From positions 16,991-80,990 of the IMG/VR virus record IMGVR_UViG_3300021958_000044: a DNA stretch of 64,000 nt. One strand, written 5' to 3'. The translations under genes and the position numbers were made by a program. Source of the DNA: a virus. Lineage: Duplodnaviria > Caudoviricetes. The notes beneath the pieces are model-generated. The model was not told the DNA's origin. It did no database searches and saw only the letters and a program-made list of their open reading frames with translations. Shown here piece by piece: positions 32,099-40,379 of the stretch (the stretch's first letter is position 1; the number at the start of each line of letters is the position of its first letter).

Positions 32099-32275
32099 TT
32101 AGTCTGGTCGATATGAGTGGCAGGTCGTGTTAGCCTGTCCATGTATTTTTTTACTGGCGACCTTCTGGCCGGCTTCTTCGATACACTTGCCACAGTTAGT
32201 TCCTACTTTAAGTATTATAGACGGATCGTCTTTTATCATTTTGCTAGTAATAGCGTTACAGATACATACGTACAT
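32099..32275 (-). CDS. bfd: Bfd-like [2Fe-2S] protein (bacterioferritin-associated ferredoxin fold), 58 aa, not in ORF track
   Basis: Hand translation MYVCICNAITSKMIKDDPSIILKVGTNCGKCIEEAGQKVASKKIHGQANTTCHSYRPD*: MYVCxC...CGKC Bfd signature; SD GAGGGA. Confidence 0.85.
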   Translation of the reverse strand: MYVCICNAITSKMIKDDPSIILKVGTNCGKCIEEAGQKVASKKIHGQANTTCHSYRPD

Positions 32276-32400
32276 ACTTCCCTCAAAGGTGATGATGTGG
32301 CCCCTCGTTGGTACCCTCGCCCATTCATCCGACTAACCTCCCGCTCTTTGCTAGTCTTACCGCTACCGGGAGCACACCAGAAGCTCAACCGGCAAATCAA
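32276..32400 (-). ncRNA. Candidate structured leader RNA upstream of bfd
   Basis: About 56% GC (hand count) in an AT-rich genome; lies between a TTGACA-17-TATACT promoter and the bfd ATG; several complementary segments. No known family recognised. Confidence 0.45.
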
Positions 32401-32406
32401 GATGTA

Positions 32407-32435
32407 AGTATACTTTATTCTATGTATAATGTCAA
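32407..32435 (-). promoter_or_regulatory. Sigma70-type early promoter
   Basis: TTGACA-N17-TATACT. Confidence 0.8.
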
Positions 32436-32439
32436 CACT

Positions 32440-32955
32440 CTACACCCATGAGAAACTAACGGACATTCTTTGTCCTAGAATTATTGGTGTATGATGGGTT
32501 CCTGCTCTAATAAAAATAGCATCACCTGGATTAATCACAGCTGAGCTGTGAGCCTTATCTCCGTAGACACTTTCACAGCAGTAGCCTGTTTGACCCCATA
32601 GGTTCAATATAATTACATCCATCTCATCTGTATGTCGGCCATAGTTATGACCATTTTCGATCCAGTTAGCATATATATGTGCGTTTGTAAACTGGTACTC
32701 CTTTGTTAACTTATCTACTACCTGTTTTGTTTTACCTTGAAACGTTCCGGTAAATTGAAGCCATCTATTGTTGTAGTTGGCCGCGTCGTTTTTAGATAAC
32801 CATTTGTTCTTTTCAGCGAACTTGTATTGGTCTGCTACATCGAGAGCAGTATGTGATACTGGATGAAAGTTTCTAAGAACTCCAAATCCCCAATCATAAT
32901 GTTGTTCGATCTCGCTAAAGCGGGATCCTTTTTTTCCTGGATCAATCTGTCTCAT
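32440..32955 (-). CDS. JmjC/cupin 2OG-Fe(II) oxygenase
   Basis: HTDEMDVIILNLWG and INPGDAIFIRAGTHH match the JmjC HxD...H pattern. Confidence 0.75.
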   Translation of the reverse strand: MRQIDPGKKGSRFSEIEQHYDWGFGVLRNFHPVSHTALDVADQYKFAEKNKWLSKNDAANYNNRWLQFTGTFQGKTKQVVDKLTKEYQFTNAHIYANWIENGHNYGRHTDEMDVIILNLWGQTGYCCESVYGDKAHSSAVINPGDAIFIRAGTHHTPIILGQRMSVSFSWV

Positions 32956-33487
32956 TTGTCTTATACCAACTTACTAAAACTAAACGCGTGCCTTTTTCAA
33001 CTTGGCCAACCCCATGCAAAAGATCTCTTTTGTATATCATAGTTTGTCCATCTTTAACTTGGACGACTCTAGGGATTATTTTTTGGTCTATTGGGGCTTC
33101 TTGCCCTTTCTCCCTTTTAGCATACTTGTTTGATGGACGTTCTCTTTTCTCGTACGGAAGATGGACCAAAGTGTCACCTCCTATGCAGTCGCTCTTTAGT
33201 ACCGTAACCATGGTAAGACCAACATCATCAACATTATCAGTATGCATTCTTGTAAAGGCTTCTGGGCCATACTCTAAAAAATAATGACTATACAGTTCTC
33301 TCTCAGCAAACTTTTCTAGTTGTCCAAACGCATCAATCCCTTCTCGTTGTTCGCCTGTAGGATGTCTCTTATCAACATCAAACAGATTGTAGTCTTGATG
33401 AGCTGGATTTGAAGGCATAGATAAAAACAACTTAATGAGGTCTGATACCTGTCTGTCCGAGAGAATATTTTCTATTGTATAACTCAT
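32942..33487 (-). CDS. 2OG-Fe(II) oxygenase
   Basis: MHTD, GGDT and LLHGV..V..GTRLVLVSW (HxD...H...R) motifs. Confidence 0.85.
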   Translation of the reverse strand: MSYTIENILSDRQVSDLIKLFLSMPSNPAHQDYNLFDVDKRHPTGEQREGIDAFGQLEKFAERELYSHYFLEYGPEAFTRMHTDNVDDVGLTMVTVLKSDCIGGDTLVHLPYEKRERPSNKYAKREKGQEAPIDQKIIPRVVQVKDGQTMIYKRDLLHGVGQVEKGTRLVLVSWYKTNETD

Positions 33488-33493
33488 ATTGCT

Positions 33494-33522
33494 ATTATAT
33501 ATTCCTAACTATTAAATGTCAA
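33494..33522 (-). promoter_or_regulatory. Sigma70-type early promoter
   Basis: TTGACA-N17-TATAAT; ATG of 33487 lies only 6 nt downstream. Confidence 0.85.
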
Positions 33523-33551
33523 CAGGAAACCCCTCCGAAGAGGGGCACCTG
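33523..33551 (-). terminator. Rho-independent terminator with UUCG loop
   Basis: Minus strand CCCCTC-TTCG-GAGGGG-TTT, just downstream of the DUF932 gene. Confidence 0.8.
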
Positions 33552-33566
33552 TAAGTAAATTAGTCC

Positions 33567-34541
33567 TTATGCTGCTTGCGCAAACTTTAGAGCAGACTCA
33601 AGAGCGTTAACTTTCTTAGTCTTGTTAACGCCATACCAAGCACTGTTCAATCGAGTGTCATTTTCACGACCCATAACATGATCAGTCATGTAGGTTACAG
33701 CATTGAATGCTTGCCAGTATGAACCCTCTGCGAAGTTAGCACCAGGCTGAGTCTTCACAACATTCATTGCAAGTTTAGCATTCTTAGAAGCGTACTTATC
33801 AAAGTCAGCTATCGATGCTGGGTTGAATCCTACACCTTTCACCTTAGGGTTCTGGTTAGGGAACACAGTTGAGAAGTAAGTTCTCAAAGAATCTTCAGTG
33901 TAACGCTTACCGGATAAGAATGTAGCCATATCTTTGTATGTTTCCATTTTACCTTTAGCAATACCTAGAAGAGATTTAGCTTCTTCAGCATCAAACGCTT
34001 TCTTGTGACTCATTGAGATTTGATACTCACCTTTCTGAGCAAGAGACAAAGTCAATGTGTTATTACATACTACACGGATTGGAGTAAATCGAATATCGAC
34101 TGCTCGTCCGTACATATGTGGGTTAGTCAATAGTAAGTATGACTCAACTAAGTCTTTACCATTGATAGTGAAGTCATCTTTCACCTTTGCAAGACACCAA
34201 ACTTTCTTACCGTCTTGTAATGATCCAGCAGTATGCATTTCCATATCACCAGCTTCAACAAACTCCCTAAAGAAGTCGAATGCATCAGCGTTCTGTACAG
34301 GATTCCAATTCTGCTTAACCATATCTAAAGGCATTCCATCAGACTCACGAATTAACATATCGTGTCCTGAATAAATATCTTCACCATTAAATGATGCGAA
34401 AGAAGGAACCTTAGCGACTCTCCAGTCTAGTCCTGCTTCAACCATCATATCATCTACCGAAATGTCTTCTGAGACTTTCGTACCGAGCCCATGCCAAGGA
34501 AGTTGTCCTGCGTAAGCCATTGTTTCTACCATATGTGCCAT
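33567..34541 (-). CDS. DUF932 family protein
   Basis: MAH.VETMAYAG..PWHGLG, VQN..AF.FF, TAGSL..GK.VW and TPIRVVCNNTL motifs. Confidence 0.92.
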   Translation of the reverse strand: MAHMVETMAYAGQLPWHGLGTKVSEDISVDDMMVEAGLDWRVAKVPSFASFNGEDIYSGHDMLIRESDGMPLDMVKQNWNPVQNADAFDFFREFVEAGDMEMHTAGSLQDGKKVWCLAKVKDDFTINGKDLVESYLLLTNPHMYGRAVDIRFTPIRVVCNNTLTLSLAQKGEYQISMSHKKAFDAEEAKSLLGIAKGKMETYKDMATFLSGKRYTEDSLRTYFSTVFPNQNPKVKGVGFNPASIADFDKYASKNAKLAMNVVKTQPGANFAEGSYWQAFNAVTYMTDHVMGRENDTRLNSAWYGVNKTKKVNALESALKFAQAA

Positions 34542-34575
34542 AATTTATTTCTCCAGTTGTTTAAATTATACGTCT

Positions 34576-34604
34576 ATTATACTAAAAAGTTGATTTGAAG
34601 TCAA
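34576..34604 (-). promoter_or_regulatory. Early promoter, TTGACTTCAAAT family
   Basis: TTGACT-TCAAATCAACTTTTTAG-TATAAT (17-nt spacer). Confidence 0.85.
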
Positions 34605-34617
34605 CGGTTGTTTCAAA

Positions 34618-34950
34618 TTAAATGTGCTTACATTGTCCACGGTATGTAAAACCAGGACAAGAACATCTGCCATCTTCAATGAAATATTTTTGACCCTTGG
34701 ATCCGATAACGACTTTTACATCAGGTCGTGTTAGTACATCAGCGTACTCGCCAATCTTCTCGAAGGTACGTCTAGCTTTACTAAACTGCTTCATCGGATT
34801 CTTAAAAACTTTATCGTTGTGCTGCACAAGGTGTCCCTGTGCATTGACGTGATATATTCCATTAGCAACTGGAGCGTCTCCCCAGTCAGTAGTTTCTTTT
34901 AGTATCTCAATCATTACGCTGCCTCCTTTGGAGCATAAACTTTGAACCAC
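34618..34950 (-). CDS. SWIM zinc-finger protein
   Basis: C-terminal CSCPGFTYRGQCKH (CxC...CxH); probable start at the internal Met (MIEILK). Confidence 0.8.
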   Translation of the reverse strand: MVQSLCSKGGSVMIEILKETTDWGDAPVANGIYHVNAQGHLVQHNDKVFKNPMKQFSKARRTFEKIGEYADVLTRPDVKVVIGSKGQKYFIEDGRCSCPGFTYRGQCKHI

Positions 34951-35423
34951 TCCTCAAGATCCTTATAAAGGATGTGGTCGCCATTGATCATCTCGAAAGA
35001 TGATGCGTACTCAGAACGCTCGCCGTCCTGAGACTGAACCCAAGTTTCGTATTGCTTGGAGATCTCAAATCTCATGTGACCGAACTCATCGTTCTTAGTA
35101 ACTTTGTGGCAAACCCAAGCGTCGCCATCGAACCACATATAGGTTGGTGCTTCCCATTCCTCAACATGGTCTGACTCAACAAAGTCAGCATCATCGATGA
35201 TATCCCAATCGAGAACATACTCAATGAAAGCATCGCTCTCAGAGGTAACAGCATCAAGAGCTGAGTTACGGAACTCTGCATCGCAGGCCTCAGAGAACGT
35301 ACACTTAACGATATAAGTGTCGCCACCCTTGAACTTCCAGTAAGCGTTCTCACCGGTACCCAACGAGCCGTCCTCGTTCCAGGCATAATTCTCTTTGTGT
35401 TGTGTTTGAATAACGATTTTCAT
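34914..35423 (-). CDS. Hypothetical protein
   Basis: 169 aa, SD GAGG, own promoter; TQHKENY...YWKFKGGDTY N-terminus. Confidence 0.75.
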   Translation of the reverse strand: MKIVIQTQHKENYAWNEDGSLGTGENAYWKFKGGDTYIVKCTFSEACDAEFRNSALDAVTSESDAFIEYVLDWDIIDDADFVESDHVEEWEAPTYMWFDGDAWVCHKVTKNDEFGHMRFEISKQYETWVQSQDGERSEYASSFEMINGDHILYKDLEEWFKVYAPKEAA

Positions 35424-35451
35424 ATTGACTTCCTCACTAACTTATGCCCCC

Positions 35452-35480
35452 ATTATAGCTAAAAGTCTATTTGAAGTCAA
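35452..35480 (-). promoter_or_regulatory. Early promoter, TTGACTTCAAAT family
   Basis: TTGACT-TCAAATAGACTTTTAGC-TATAAT. Confidence 0.85.
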
Positions 35481-35519
35481 CAGTTTGACAAAAATAATTA
35501 ATCGTTACAAATCAATAAG

Positions 35520-36014
35520 TTACGAATTTTTTTCGTATTTTGTGATATTTTTTATCAGAATTTTTCCTGTCTTGAGCTCGCCATCCCAGCGAACATCGAC
35601 GCCATGCACGTCTTTAATAATCCCAGATATCAGATCCCAATTCTGAGGCCTAGTCTTGGTTTGATTGGCTGTTTTGAAGCAATTGTAATCTATACAAACC
35701 TTAGGACGCTCATTGTAAATTCCACACTTCTTGGTACCAGCCTTTTCATCTACTTCTAGCTTAGGGCAGGTAAATTTAATTCTGAATCTTGCTCGCTCTT
35801 CATGAACTTTTTTATTGTCTCTAATAGACCAGTGGTCAACGACCTCGTTTTCATACCATATTAATTCTGTCTTATCAGACTGCCCCGCCATAACATCTAG
35901 CCACTCGGGACCGTTAACGGGATGAACGCTTTGCATTTCAGATGTCCACTTACAGCAAGACCCGCAACGGACACAAACATCACTGGTTATAAGTCTTTCG
36001 TCTAGTTTCTCCAT
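35520..36014 (-). CDS. YkgJ-like CxxCxxCC cysteine-cluster (Zn/Fe-chelating) protein; start revised to 36014
   Basis: CVRCGSCC...CP.L...C.IY..RP.VC motif; the upstream in-frame start overlaps the promoter. Confidence 0.8.
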   Translation of the reverse strand: MEKLDERLITSDVCVRCGSCCKWTSEMQSVHPVNGPEWLDVMAGQSDKTELIWYENEVVDHWSIRDNKKVHEERARFRIKFTCPKLEVDEKAGTKKCGIYNERPKVCIDYNCFKTANQTKTRPQNWDLISGIIKDVHGVDVRWDGELKTGKILIKNITKYEKNS

Positions 36015-36042
36015 ACTATAACTTTCCCTTCTGGCAGAGAAG

Positions 36043-36071
36043 AGTATAATGATCGATCGATTTGATGTCAA
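36043..36071 (-). promoter_or_regulatory. Early promoter, TTGAC(A/T)TCAAAT family
   Basis: TTGACA-TCAAATCGATCGATCAT-TATACT. Confidence 0.8.
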
Positions 36072-36162
36072 CGCTTAACATAAAAATTTTCCTTGGTTTA
36101 TCAGTTAATGCTATATAATATAGTAAAACGTGTTTAAAGACAACGTTGACTAAAAATATAAA

Positions 36163-36996
36163 ATGAAGGATAATGCTAAAATGATTCGAGCAATTATGAT
36201 TTGCGATTACAACAATCCTGTGTCCGTTGCATATTCTAAAATTGCAATGGCCACCTGGAAGGACGTTAAGAACGTTGAAGTTGAAAGATGGCAATGTTAT
36301 ACACCAGCGACTATTGATACCGCTCCGTTTAAAATAAACTGGGGCAGGTATAGTAGTGCGGGAAAGTATATTAGAAACAAACATGAGATAACGCCAACGG
36401 AGAAGGCATGTCTTACATCTATGTTTCATTGGTGGAAGCATACTGCCGATACAGGCGAGAGAGTTATCATATTAGAACACGATGCTTATGTACGTGATCC
36501 AAAAGAACTGAGCAACCTGGTAAAAATTATGCCAGAGTTTGATCTCTGGAATCCAGGAATTGCAATGGAGTGTGCTTCGCTATCTCCTTACTTTGCAAAA
36601 TACTGTATGAAGAAGTGGTTAAAAATAGAAGAACAAGTTGACGCTGGTCCTATGGCAGAACTGTGGACTGCTATGGAAGAATGGGTAAAAGTCGTTGCCA
36701 TGTACGGAAATAAGTTGGAGAATCAGATCTGTGCTGATTTAGGAGTGCCTGCAAGAAACAAGATTATGTGGCCTACTATCTATAGTAACAACACGATAGG
36801 CATTGGCAATATAATAATGGATGTGTTAAAAGGTAAAGTGGATATGCGTACTGCGCCTGTAACACAGGTATATTGTCCAGGCAAGAACACGCTCGTTCAC
36901 CATTCAAAGCTAGGGGGCATTGGATATGGCGGCGACACATACAGACAGATGGAGATAATTGATGACCTCAAAGCAGAAGCAAAAAAAGTTGGATAA
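36163..36996 (+). CDS. Putative glycosyltransferase (GT25-like)
   Basis: E.ACL.S.F..W......E..IILEHDA motif as in GT25; probable start at 36181. Confidence 0.55.
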   Translation: MKDNAKMIRAIMICDYNNPVSVAYSKIAMATWKDVKNVEVERWQCYTPATIDTAPFKINWGRYSSAGKYIRNKHEITPTEKACLTSMFHWWKHTADTGERVIILEHDAYVRDPKELSNLVKIMPEFDLWNPGIAMECASLSPYFAKYCMKKWLKIEEQVDAGPMAELWTAMEEWVKVVAMYGNKLENQICADLGVPARNKIMWPTIYSNNTIGIGNIIMDVLKGKVDMRTAPVTQVYCPGKNTLVHHSKLGGIGYGGDTYRQMEIIDDLKAEAKKVG

Positions 36997-37597
36997 TCTT
37001 GCAAAAGCAAGAGAAGCAAAAGCTAAAAAGAATCCACCAGCGTATAGTCAGTTTGCAAAAGAAGTAGTTGCATTGCCTGACGACCATGAGTTTAGTTTAA
37101 AGAATGTTCGTGAATGGATCAAAGAAGCTAAGACTCATAAAGCAGCTGAACATAGAAACCACCTTGCTGGTAACTCTGGTGCGCTTGCAAGAAAAGAAAT
37201 GTGGGCAGGTTACATTAATCAATTAGAATCATATTTAAGGTCTGGGGCATACGTCAGTGCATTTGCTGGCGGAGATATGAGTAAAAAGGTTAAACTGTAT
37301 TGTGTGTCTATGGCATATTATCCAGATGGCCGACCTAAAAGAGAGGTTGGCGTTTTTTACAAAGACTATATGCAAGTGTGGACTCCAGAGCTTGAGAATC
37401 AAGAAAGACAATCATATGGTCTGGAGCCATTAGAGTTTAATGAGAAGGGGTATGTTGTCGTCGATCGTCCAGCTGTATCTAATAAAGGGACTCCTAAAAA
37501 GCGTAAGAAGCGAGAAATGACTCCAGAACAAAAACAAGCACTAGTGGAAAGATTAAGAAAAGCTAGAGAAGCAAAAGCTGCCAAGAAAAAGTCATAA
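36959..37597 (+). CDS. Hypothetical protein with basic termini
   Basis: 212 aa; LAKAREAKA repeated at both ends. Confidence 0.7.
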   Translation: MMTSKQKQKKLDNLAKAREAKAKKNPPAYSQFAKEVVALPDDHEFSLKNVREWIKEAKTHKAAEHRNHLAGNSGALARKEMWAGYINQLESYLRSGAYVSAFAGGDMSKKVKLYCVSMAYYPDGRPKREVGVFYKDYMQVWTPELENQERQSYGLEPLEFNEKGYVVVDRPAVSNKGTPKKRKKREMTPEQKQALVERLRKAREAKAAKKKS

Positions 37598-37600
37598 ATA
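37595..37600 (+). promoter_or_regulatory. Late promoter
   Basis: TAAATA-CCAAT-ATG. Confidence 0.7.
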
Positions 37601-37605
37601 CCAAT

Positions 37606-37965
37606 ATGGCAATAATTATTCCATTCCCTAAAAGTAATACTCATCCTGAGTTTGTTAAAAACGAACAAGAAAGAATCGAGAACATCAAAAAATATCAAAT
37701 GGAGCTAGCTCTTAATACTAGCATTCAAATGACTTATATGATTCTTGAAGAAGTTCTTGCACGTGGTATTGAACTCAACGAAAATGATGGATCATTGGAC
37801 CAACACTTGCTCATGGTATCTGAGTCTGTAAAGTCTCTAATGTTAAAGGCATGTGATATTAGACACCCGCTACAAAAAATTACTGAACAGATAGTCAATA
37901 AAGAAGAAGGACAAATGTTTGGTCAAAGGTGGCGTGAAGAAGTTTTTGGAAATGATTCTGAATGA
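37606..37965 (+). CDS. Hypothetical protein
   Basis: 119 aa; TAAATA 5 nt upstream. Confidence 0.7.
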   Translation: MAIIIPFPKSNTHPEFVKNEQERIENIKKYQMELALNTSIQMTYMILEEVLARGIELNENDGSLDQHLLMVSESVKSLMLKACDIRHPLQKITEQIVNKEEGQMFGQRWREEVFGNDSE

Positions 37966-37967
37966 CG

Positions 37968-37996
37968 TTGACTGAAGACGTCAAATAAAGTATAAT
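37968..37996 (+). promoter_or_regulatory. Sigma70-type promoter for the rnh operon
   Basis: TTGACT-N17-TATAAT; contains TTGAC-N7-GTCAA inverted repeat. Confidence 0.8.
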
Positions 37997-38020
37997 GTAG
38001 TTTTGATTTAGGATATTATT

Positions 38021-38899
38021 ATGATATTAGTTGACCTTAACCAGGTTATGATTAGTAATCTGATGGCACAAATACACGGCCGAGGTGACGTAGAAGTAGA
38101 AGAAAACTTACTTCGACATATGGTGCTTAATGCGCTACGAGCTTCCCGTGTAAAGTTTAAAGAAGAGTATGGCGAGTTAGTTATCTGTTGTGATGATACT
38201 AATAACTGGCGAAAGAAAATCTTCCCATACTACAAAGCTCACCGTAAAAAGAATAGAGATGAGTCTGATTATGATTGGCCTCATATATTCAATTGCCTTA
38301 ATAACATAAGGGATGAGCTCAAAGAATTTTTCCCGTACAAAGTATTACAAGTAGACACTGCTGAAGCTGATGATATCATTGGCGTGCTTTGTCATGAGTT
38401 TGGAGTTCAGTTAGGTTCTGGAGCAGAAAAGATTCTGATCTTGTCTGGCGACAAAGACTTTATTCAACTTCAACAATTTGTTAATGTCGATCAATATGAT
38501 CCAATCAGAAAGAGAAAGGTCACTCATAAGGATCCCTCTCTTTATATGATTGAACATATTGTTAAGGGAGATAGAGGCGATGGAATTCCTAATGCCTTAT
38601 CTGACGACGACGTTTTTGTAACAGGCAAAAGACAAAAGCCTGTTAGACAAACGACCCTAAATAAGATTGTCGATGTAGTTTCATCGGTCTCTACGTTTGG
38701 TACGATAGACGGTTCGTATGAGTGGAGAGAAGGGTTTCATAGAAATTGGAAACTGATCGACTTAAAGCACACGCCCGATCATATTAAAAATGAAGTGCAT
38801 GTGCAATGGAATAAACCTGACAAAGATAGAAAACATTTGTTTAACTACTTTGTTCAAAAAAAGCTAAATAATTTAGTAGAAAATATAAGTGAGTTTTAA
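38021..38899 (+). CDS. rnh: T4-type RNase H (5'-3' exonuclease)
   Basis: MILVD.NQ, WRK..FPYYKAHRK, EADDII, ILSGDKDF.QL and GD..DG.PN motifs. Confidence 0.95.
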   Translation: MILVDLNQVMISNLMAQIHGRGDVEVEENLLRHMVLNALRASRVKFKEEYGELVICCDDTNNWRKKIFPYYKAHRKKNRDESDYDWPHIFNCLNNIRDELKEFFPYKVLQVDTAEADDIIGVLCHEFGVQLGSGAEKILILSGDKDFIQLQQFVNVDQYDPIRKRKVTHKDPSLYMIEHIVKGDRGDGIPNALSDDDVFVTGKRQKPVRQTTLNKIVDVVSSVSTFGTIDGSYEWREGFHRNWKLIDLKHTPDHIKNEVHVQWNKPDKDRKHLFNYFVQKKLNNLVENISEF

Positions 38900-39332
38900 T
38901 ATGTTAAAAGGATTAGGCGAAATAGTTAATGAAGTCAAAGAAGCCAAGTCTGTTGGCGAAAAGATTCGAATCTTGCAAAGAGAAGACAACAAAGAGCTGA
39001 GAGGCCTCTTTGAGTTGACCTACGACAACAGATTGACTTGGGCACTTCCTGAAGGTAACCCTCCATACAAACCATTGGACAAGTCTATGGACGCGCAGGG
39101 TAATCTATATCAAGATATGAGACGTATGTACATTTTCTTGAAGCATGCAAAATCAGCAAACGTTGCTCAAACAAAAAGAGAGCATTTGTTTATTAGTATG
39201 CTAGAAGAAGTTGATCCAGATGATGCTGCCTTACTACTTGAAGCAAAGAGTAGAAAGATTAAAGGCGTGTCTAAGAAGATCATCAAACAAGCATACCCAG
39301 AATTTTTAGACGACCCAGCGAATCAAAATTAA
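38889..39332 (+). CDS. Conserved T4-like hypothetical protein
   Basis: W.LPEGNPPYKP and KRE..FI.MLE..DP.DA.LL pattern; downstream of rnh. Confidence 0.75.
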   Translation: MSFNMLKGLGEIVNEVKEAKSVGEKIRILQREDNKELRGLFELTYDNRLTWALPEGNPPYKPLDKSMDAQGNLYQDMRRMYIFLKHAKSANVAQTKREHLFISMLEEVDPDDAALLLEAKSRKIKGVSKKIIKQAYPEFLDDPANQN

Positions 39333-39658
39333 TGCCATTATATACGTTCAAGGACACCGAGACGGGTGAGACTTTTGATATGATGATGAAGATGGCCGAG
39401 AAAGATGTTTTCTTGGAAAACAATCCTCAGCTTCAATCTGTAATAGGTGCTCCTATGATTGTATCTGGTGTTATGGGTCAGAGAAAAGTCGACGAAGGGT
39501 TTAGCGAAGTACTGCAAAAGATTGGTGAACAAAATCCTAATACTCCTTTTGGAAGGGAAGTAGGAGCTAAAGCTACCACAGCTAAGCAAGGAAAGGTTAA
39601 TCAAGTTGTAGAGAAGTGGCAAAAGAAATTTCAGAAAGATATGAACAGTGGAACATAG
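39332..39658 (+). CDS. FmdB-like zinc-ribbon protein lacking Cys
   Basis: MPLYTF.D..TGE.F N-terminus resembles FmdB MPxYxYxCxxC without the cysteines. Confidence 0.6.
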   Translation: MPLYTFKDTETGETFDMMMKMAEKDVFLENNPQLQSVIGAPMIVSGVMGQRKVDEGFSEVLQKIGEQNPNTPFGREVGAKATTAKQGKVNQVVEKWQKKFQKDMNSGT

Positions 39659-40379
39659 ACTAACTAAAAAGCAACGTAGAATGTTACGCCAACAAGACGT
39701 CTTAGAAAAAGACAATTCTATAAACACCTCCAACTTTAAAGTTGACTTCAAACCAAAAACAGATACTCAGGCAGCAGCTTGCCGGGCATGGGACGATGGT
39801 CATCATCTGCTAATGCATGGTTATGCTGGTACTGGTAAAACGTATGTTGGAATGGCACTAGCTTTAGAAGAGGTGCTCAAAAACCACAGCAAAAAATTAG
39901 TAATAGTAAGAAGTGCAGTGCCTACAAGGGACATTGGTTTCTTGCCTGGCACAGCCAAACAGAAAATGGAAGTTTATGAACAGCCTTACAAACAAATTGC
40001 ATCTTCATTATTTCATAGGGGAGACGCTTATGAGATCCTTAGTAACAAATTTATGCTTGAGTTTGTCCCGACATCATTTGTTCGCGGAACCACTCTTGAT
40101 AATTGTATTGTACTTGTCGACGAGATAAACAATATGACCTTTCATGAGATTGACAGTGTCATTACAAGATTAGGAGATAATACTAGATGTATCTTGTGTG
40201 GTGATTATAGACAAAGCGATCTAGCTAACACAAGAGAACTTTCTGGTATCTCTCAATTTATGAGCGTCATCAATAACATGACGAGTTTTGTTAAGATGGA
40301 ATTTAAAACAGGTGACATTGTAAGAAGTCCTTTAGTTAAAGAGTACATTATTACAAAAGCTACCATGGGAATCGTATAG
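39648..40379 (+). CDS. phoH: PhoH family ATPase
   Basis: GYAGTGKT Walker A, IGFLPG, FVRGTTLD, DE.NN and C.GD..QSDL motifs. Confidence 0.95.
   Translation: MEHRLTKKQRRMLRQQDVLEKDNSINTSNFKVDFKPKTDTQAAACRAWDDGHHLLMHGYAGTGKTYVGMALALEEVLKNHSKKLVIVRSAVPTRDIGFLPGTAKQKMEVYEQPYKQIASSLFHRGDAYEILSNKFMLEFVPTSFVRGTTLDNCIVLVDEINNMTFHEIDSVITRLGDNTRCILCGDYRQSDLANTRELSGISQFMSVINNMTSFVKMEFKTGDIVRSPLVKEYIITKATMGIV

Noticed and set aside
32270-32400. Glutamine (glnA) riboswitch, HDV/theta, twister or SAM-II identity for the bfd leader
   Set aside because: GGAAGUA is present but the flanking CGUU/AACG stem and order are not; the other consensus cores are not found. Kept only as an unknown structured RNA.
32117-32407. 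Plus-strand ORFs 32117-32407 and 32127-32336
   Set aside because: They are antisense to bfd and its leader; the promoter and SD point to the minus strand.
39338-39751. 137-aa minus-strand ORF opposite the FmdB-like gene and phoH
   Set aside because: No regulatory signals; the plus-strand genes are conserved and coupled.
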